64,000 nt of DNA from an uncultured Clostridia bacterium. GTDB lineage: Bacteria > Bacillota > Clostridia > TANB77 > CAG-465. The notes under the pieces are model-generated. The model had not been told where the DNA came from, ran no database searches, and saw only the letters and a list, made by a program, of their open reading frames with translations. Below are positions 59,933-64,000 of the stretch, in pieces; position 1 is the stretch's first letter, and each line of letters starts with the position of its first letter. Location: positions 20,313-84,312 of the forward strand of contig CALXJG010000001.1 in the NCBI GenBank assembly GCA_944388565.1, given 5' to 3'. The position numbers were made by a program, and so were the translations under genes.

Positions 59933-60827
59933 TTATATTATTGTTCCTCCATTTACATGTATTGTTTGTCCTGTTACATATTTTGAATCATTTTCACATG
60001 CTAAATATAAATATGCAGGAGCAACTTCAAAAGGTTGACCGGCCCTTTTTAATGTAACATCACAACCGAAGTTTTCTACATCTTCATCTGTAAAAGAACC
60101 ATATATAAGGGGTGTCCATATTGGACCTGGTGCTACAGCATTTACCCTTATCTTTTTACATGCCAAAGATTTTGCCATTGACTTTGTAAAATTTGTAATA
60201 GCAGCTTTACTTGCAGAATAATCAATTAATCTTTCGTTCCCTTGATATGAAGTTACAGATGATGTATTTATTATACATGAACATTCTTTTAAATGTGGAA
60301 GTACTGCTTTTGTAAGATAGAAGTATGAAAAGAAGTTTGTTTCAAATGTGCGTAATAATTGATCAGTAGTTATATCTAGTATACTATTTTGTGGTGCTTG
60401 ATATCCACAGTTATTTACTAGAATATCAATTTTACCATATTCATTAATTACTTTATCTACTATTTCTTTAGATGTTTCTTCTTTTCTTAAATCTCCTGGT
60501 AGTAATAAGCACTTTCTACCATAATTTTCGATATATTTTTTAGTCTCATTTGCATCATCATTTTCATTTAAATATGAAATTGCTATATCACAACCTTGTT
60601 TTGCAAATAGTATGGCAACAGCTTTACCAATTCCGCTATCACCACCAGTAATTAAAGCAACCTTATCTTTTAGTTTATTACCAGTTTTCCCCTCTTTGTT
60701 ATCAAATATTGGTAATGGAGTAGCTGAACTTTCAGAACATGGTTGTTTATCTTGATGTTGTTTTGGAAATCTAATTTCGATTTCTTCTTTTTTTCTTTTT
60801 TACCTAAACTTGGTATTTCTGGATACA
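59933..60827 (-). pseudogene. SDR-family oxidoreductase (YhdF/general-stress-protein-39-like), reading frame broken in T7/A7 homopolymer at 60787-60800
   Basis: ATG (60827-60825) + MYPEIPSLGKKEKK in one frame; rest (…IEIRFPKQHQDKQPCSESSATPLPIFDNKEGKTGNKLKDKVALITGGDSGIGKAVA…NGGTII) in -1 frame; inserting one A in A7 run restores a continuous 298-aa SDR. Confidence 0.7.
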
Positions 60828-60952
60828 TATATAATAACCCCCTTTATATTTAGTATTATGTGATATTTTTAATTAATTATTTATATTTTGTATTTCTATT
60901 GAAAAAATGTTCTTTTTGTAATATAATAAACTAAAAAATCAAGGGTGGAAAT

Positions 60953-63136
60953 ATGAAAATAGAAGGAAAAGTTGCAACAATTATATTTAAAAATCCTACT
61001 AATTCTTGGACTGTAATTTTACTAAAACGTGGCAAAGGTTATATAACTGCAGTAGGTGAAACTCAAGATTTAGAAGTTGGCGATGAACTTGAGTTAGATG
61101 GAGAAGAGACAACTCATAAAATATACGGTGAGCAATTTAAGTTTACAACATACAAAAAAGTATTACCAAAAACAGAGTCTGCTTTAATTGAGTATATAGC
61201 AGATAATGTAAAAGGAGTAGGTAAGAAAACAGCCTCTTTAATAATAGGTTTATTTGGAGAAGACGCAGTTGATGTTATTAGATATACCCCAAGCAAATTA
61301 AATGAGATAAAAGGGCTAAACGAAGCTAAAATTTACGAATTAAATAGATTTTTTAATGAAGAATGGGAAAAATGGAATATAATAGAATATTTGAGTGGAT
61401 TTAATATATCTGTTGTTACGGCAAATAAAATATATCAAACGTTAGGCACAGATACAATAACTATAGTAAAACAAAATCCATATAGTTTAATGAGTTTTGT
61501 AAAAAAATTAGATTTTAAAACCGTTGATGAAATTGGTAAAAATCTAGGGATAAATCTTGATAGTGAAGAAAGAGTAGACACAGGTATAATATATGCAATT
61601 AATAAAATAACTGAATTTGGGCATACATGTGTAGAAAAAGAAAATTTAGTTAAATATGCATCAAATATACTAGAAGTTGGAACAAAAGATATAGAAAATG
61701 GAATAACTAGACTTGTATTAAATGACAAGCTATATATACAAAAAATGAATGATAAAGATTTTGTATTTAGAAGGAGTTTTTATTTAGCAGAAGATAACAT
61801 TGCAAAAAATATAGTAATTAGGACAAAAGAAAATGTAAAAACTAAAAATTATGATAAGTTAATAGAAAAGGTTAGCAAGAAAAACAATATAGTTTTATCA
61901 GATGAACAAAAAGAAGCTATTTCTACTTCTTTAAACAACAATATTACAATAATTACAGGTGGGCCTGGTACAGGTAAGACAACTATAATAAAATGTATAA
62001 TAGATATATTAGAAGATATTAAAAAAGAATATGTGCTATGTGCTCCAACAGGTAGGGCAACAAAAAGAATAAAAGAAACAACAGGTAAAGAGGCAAAGAC
62101 ATTGCATAGGTTGCTAGAGATTACAAAAGTTGATGATAATGATATAGATATGTTTTATGAATTACCAGTTACACCTATAGATACTGATGTAGTAATAGTA
62201 GATGAAGCTTCTATGATAGATTGTATGCTTATGAATAATTTATTTAAGGCATTAAATTCATCTACAAAGGTAATAATGGTTGGAGATGTAAATCAATTGC
62301 CTTCTGTTGGGCCTGGAAGCGTTTTAAAAGATATAATTAATTCTAATGCTACAAATGTTGTATATTTAAAACAAATATATAGACAAAGTGCCATGAGTGA
62401 TATAATTGTAAATGCGCATAGAGTAAATGAAGGAATATATCCTGAATTTAAAACAAAAGATACTGATTTATTTTATATAAAAACAGATAGTATTGAATCT
62501 ACACTTGCTGAAATATCGTCACTTGTATCATATAGAATTGAAAGTTTTGCAAAATTAGATATATTAAAGGATTTACAGGTATTAACACCAATGAAAAAAA
62601 CTCAACTTGGTACAATAGAGTTAAATACATTATTGCAAAATGTTTTAAATCCAAAATCATCTTCCAAAAAAGAAAAAGAATTTAATAATAGGATATTTCG
62701 TGAAGGTGATAAAGTAATGCAAATAGTAAATAATTATGATAAAAAGTTTTCAATAAACGGTGAGCATTTTGATGGTATATATAACGGTGATATTGGCTAT
62801 ATAAAAGAAGTGGATAATTTAAATCAAAGATTAATAGTTTTATTTGATGAAGAAAAAGAAGTTATTTATGAATTTGATGAATTAGATCAATTAGAACATG
62901 CTTTTGCTGTTACAATACATAAATCTCAAGGAAGTGAGTTTGATTATGTTATTTTACCTTTATATACGGGCTATCAGAAATTATTTACTAGAAATTTATT
63001 ATACACTGCTATGACTAGAGCAAAGAAAATGTTAGTTATTGTTGGTAGTACTAATATAATTAATTTTATGGTAGATAATGTTGAGTCTAAAAATAGAATG
63101 ACTGGACTTACAAGTAAAATATTAGAAAAAATATAA
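60953..63136 (+). CDS. recD2: ATP-dependent RecD-like DNA helicase (RecD2/YrrC)
   Basis: Walker A ITGGPGTGKTT, DEASM, SF1B motifs, N-terminal HhH. Confidence 0.85.
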   Translation: MKIEGKVATIIFKNPTNSWTVILLKRGKGYITAVGETQDLEVGDELELDGEETTHKIYGEQFKFTTYKKVLPKTESALIEYIADNVKGVGKKTASLIIGLFGEDAVDVIRYTPSKLNEIKGLNEAKIYELNRFFNEEWEKWNIIEYLSGFNISVVTANKIYQTLGTDTITIVKQNPYSLMSFVKKLDFKTVDEIGKNLGINLDSEERVDTGIIYAINKITEFGHTCVEKENLVKYASNILEVGTKDIENGITRLVLNDKLYIQKMNDKDFVFRRSFYLAEDNIAKNIVIRTKENVKTKNYDKLIEKVSKKNNIVLSDEQKEAISTSLNNNITIITGGPGTGKTTIIKCIIDILEDIKKEYVLCAPTGRATKRIKETTGKEAKTLHRLLEITKVDDNDIDMFYELPVTPIDTDVVIVDEASMIDCMLMNNLFKALNSSTKVIMVGDVNQLPSVGPGSVLKDIINSNATNVVYLKQIYRQSAMSDIIVNAHRVNEGIYPEFKTKDTDLFYIKTDSIESTLAEISSLVSYRIESFAKLDILKDLQVLTPMKKTQLGTIELNTLLQNVLNPKSSSKKEKEFNNRIFREGDKVMQIVNNYDKKFSINGEHFDGIYNGDIGYIKEVDNLNQRLIVLFDEEKEVIYEFDELDQLEHAFAVTIHKSQGSEFDYVILPLYTGYQKLFTRNLLYTAMTRAKKMLVIVGSTNIINFMVDNVESKNRMTGLTSKILEKI

Positions 63137-63202
63137 TAAAAAGCCGATATTTTAGTAAATATCGGCATTTTTGTCATAAGTTAAAACCAAAAATAAAGAT
63201 GA

Positions 63203-63781
63203 TTACTTATCTATAGATAAAGGCAATAACTCATTTAACACATTTTCGATTCTATCACAAAATTTTGCAAGTCCAATCTTTGTTACCTTTGAATAGTTCT
63301 TTGAAATTGCATCAAGAACTGTGTAGATTTGAAATTCAAAATGTTGCAAAAAGTAAAGCGGAACATCTGTTTTGCTCTCCAGCAACCGTTCTAAATCTCT
63401 TTTGTTTTCTACTTTTTTTATAGCAGCAAGTAATCTGAACAATTTGCCAAGATCGCCTCTTAGGCAACTTCTGGTATTAATGATATCAATACTATCCAAA
63501 GCTTTTTTCATTTCCAGAAACGAAATTATATCAGAATAAGAATAGTTTGTAATAGACCTAAAAAGATTAAATTCTCTAACGATATCTTCAAGACTGTATT
63601 TTATCATTAATTCTGATGGAGAAGCAATATTGCAAGTATTATTCGAAGCCTTACTATTTTCTATAGCTTTTTTAATACTCTTTACCTCTTCAATTTGCCG
63701 TTCTGTTTCTTCTATGCTAAGGGTTGCTTTTTCGATTTTTTGTGTAATGAAGTCCTTAAAAATTTGTACTGTTCTTTCCAC
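63203..63781 (-). CDS. hypothetical protein (192 aa)
   Basis: ORF; no recognisable domain. Confidence 0.4.
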   Translation of the reverse strand: MERTVQIFKDFITQKIEKATLSIEETERQIEEVKSIKKAIENSKASNNTCNIASPSELMIKYSLEDIVREFNLFRSITNYSYSDIISFLEMKKALDSIDIINTRSCLRGDLGKLFRLLAAIKKVENKRDLERLLESKTDVPLYFLQHFEFQIYTVLDAISKNYSKVTKIGLAKFCDRIENVLNELLPLSIDK

Positions 63782-63957
63782 TTACATTTCCTCCCATATT
63801 TGCAATTGCATTTATATTTATGTATGGCTACCTTATATATTATATAACATAATATCTGTTTTGTAAAGTATAGCATATAATTTTACATAAATTGACAAGA
63901 AAAGTTTGAATATTTTTATATTATATGTTACAATTACTATATGTTTGAGGTGATACT

Positions 63958-64000
63958 ATGGAAGAGTTGATAGAATGCATATGTGATTATATTAGAAAGC
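63958..64000 (+). CDS. 5' end of an ORF (MEELIECICDYIRK...) truncated by window edge
   Basis: ATG 63958 after GAGGTGA RBS. Confidence 0.3.
   Translation, partial: MEELIECICDYIRK

Noticed and set aside
63630-63866. 78-aa plus ORF
   Set aside because: Antisense to the 63203-63781 gene and its promoter region. No RBS.
1-64000. search for CRISPR arrays, tRNA and rRNA genes
   Set aside because: No regularly spaced direct repeats of 24-40 nt. No cloverleaf-like GC-rich ~75-nt segments or rRNA-like conserved stretches seen by eye. Candidate GC-rich patches were all explained by intron RNA domains or foreign CDSs.

Overview
This is a 64-kb AT-rich, low-GC Firmicute chromosomal segment. Gene content and order look Clostridium-like (thrS 3' end, spoVS, pta-ackA, rsmI-rnhB-xth, fba, nadK, rpoZ...glmM...priA, recD2). 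I found no rRNA, tRNA or CRISPR array.

About 60 protein genes are supportable, mostly housekeeping on the + strand, separated by clear rho-independent hairpin terminators.

Several accessory or atypical insertions are embedded among them:
- A group II intron with an endonuclease-less RT/maturase ORF (47102-48379) sits immediately after the terminator of a pilin-like/DUF1566 gene. That placement is typical of bacterial class C introns.
- Two paralogous pilin-like genes (45427 and 59470) carry a non-canonical class-III-like leader (K-[KR]-G / ISLI) instead of G/FTLIE. The first is fused to a DUF1566 domain and split by a +1 frameshift.
- A compositionally foreign islet (30065-31133, minus strand) encodes two paralogous proteins of unknown function that share a ~100-aa domain.
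- A second foreign-composition islet (50814-52976) holds a PIN-like protein, an Smr-domain protein and an unknown protein.
- An AlbA_2/HATPase_c_4/wHTH regulator gene contains a 12-bp x4 in-frame tandem repeat and sits next to a 3' gene remnant resembling proS.
- An SDR gene (59933-60827, minus strand) is frameshifted in a T7/A7 homopolymer.
- There is an internally deleted orphan MazE-like antitoxin remnant.
- An (AC)7 repeat sits in the loop of a hairpin and encodes an HTHTHK micro-ORF.
- A four-gene operon (19980-25859, interrupted by fba) encodes very acidic coiled-coil proteins.

Coordinates for introns, terminators and promoters are approximate, estimated by eye.
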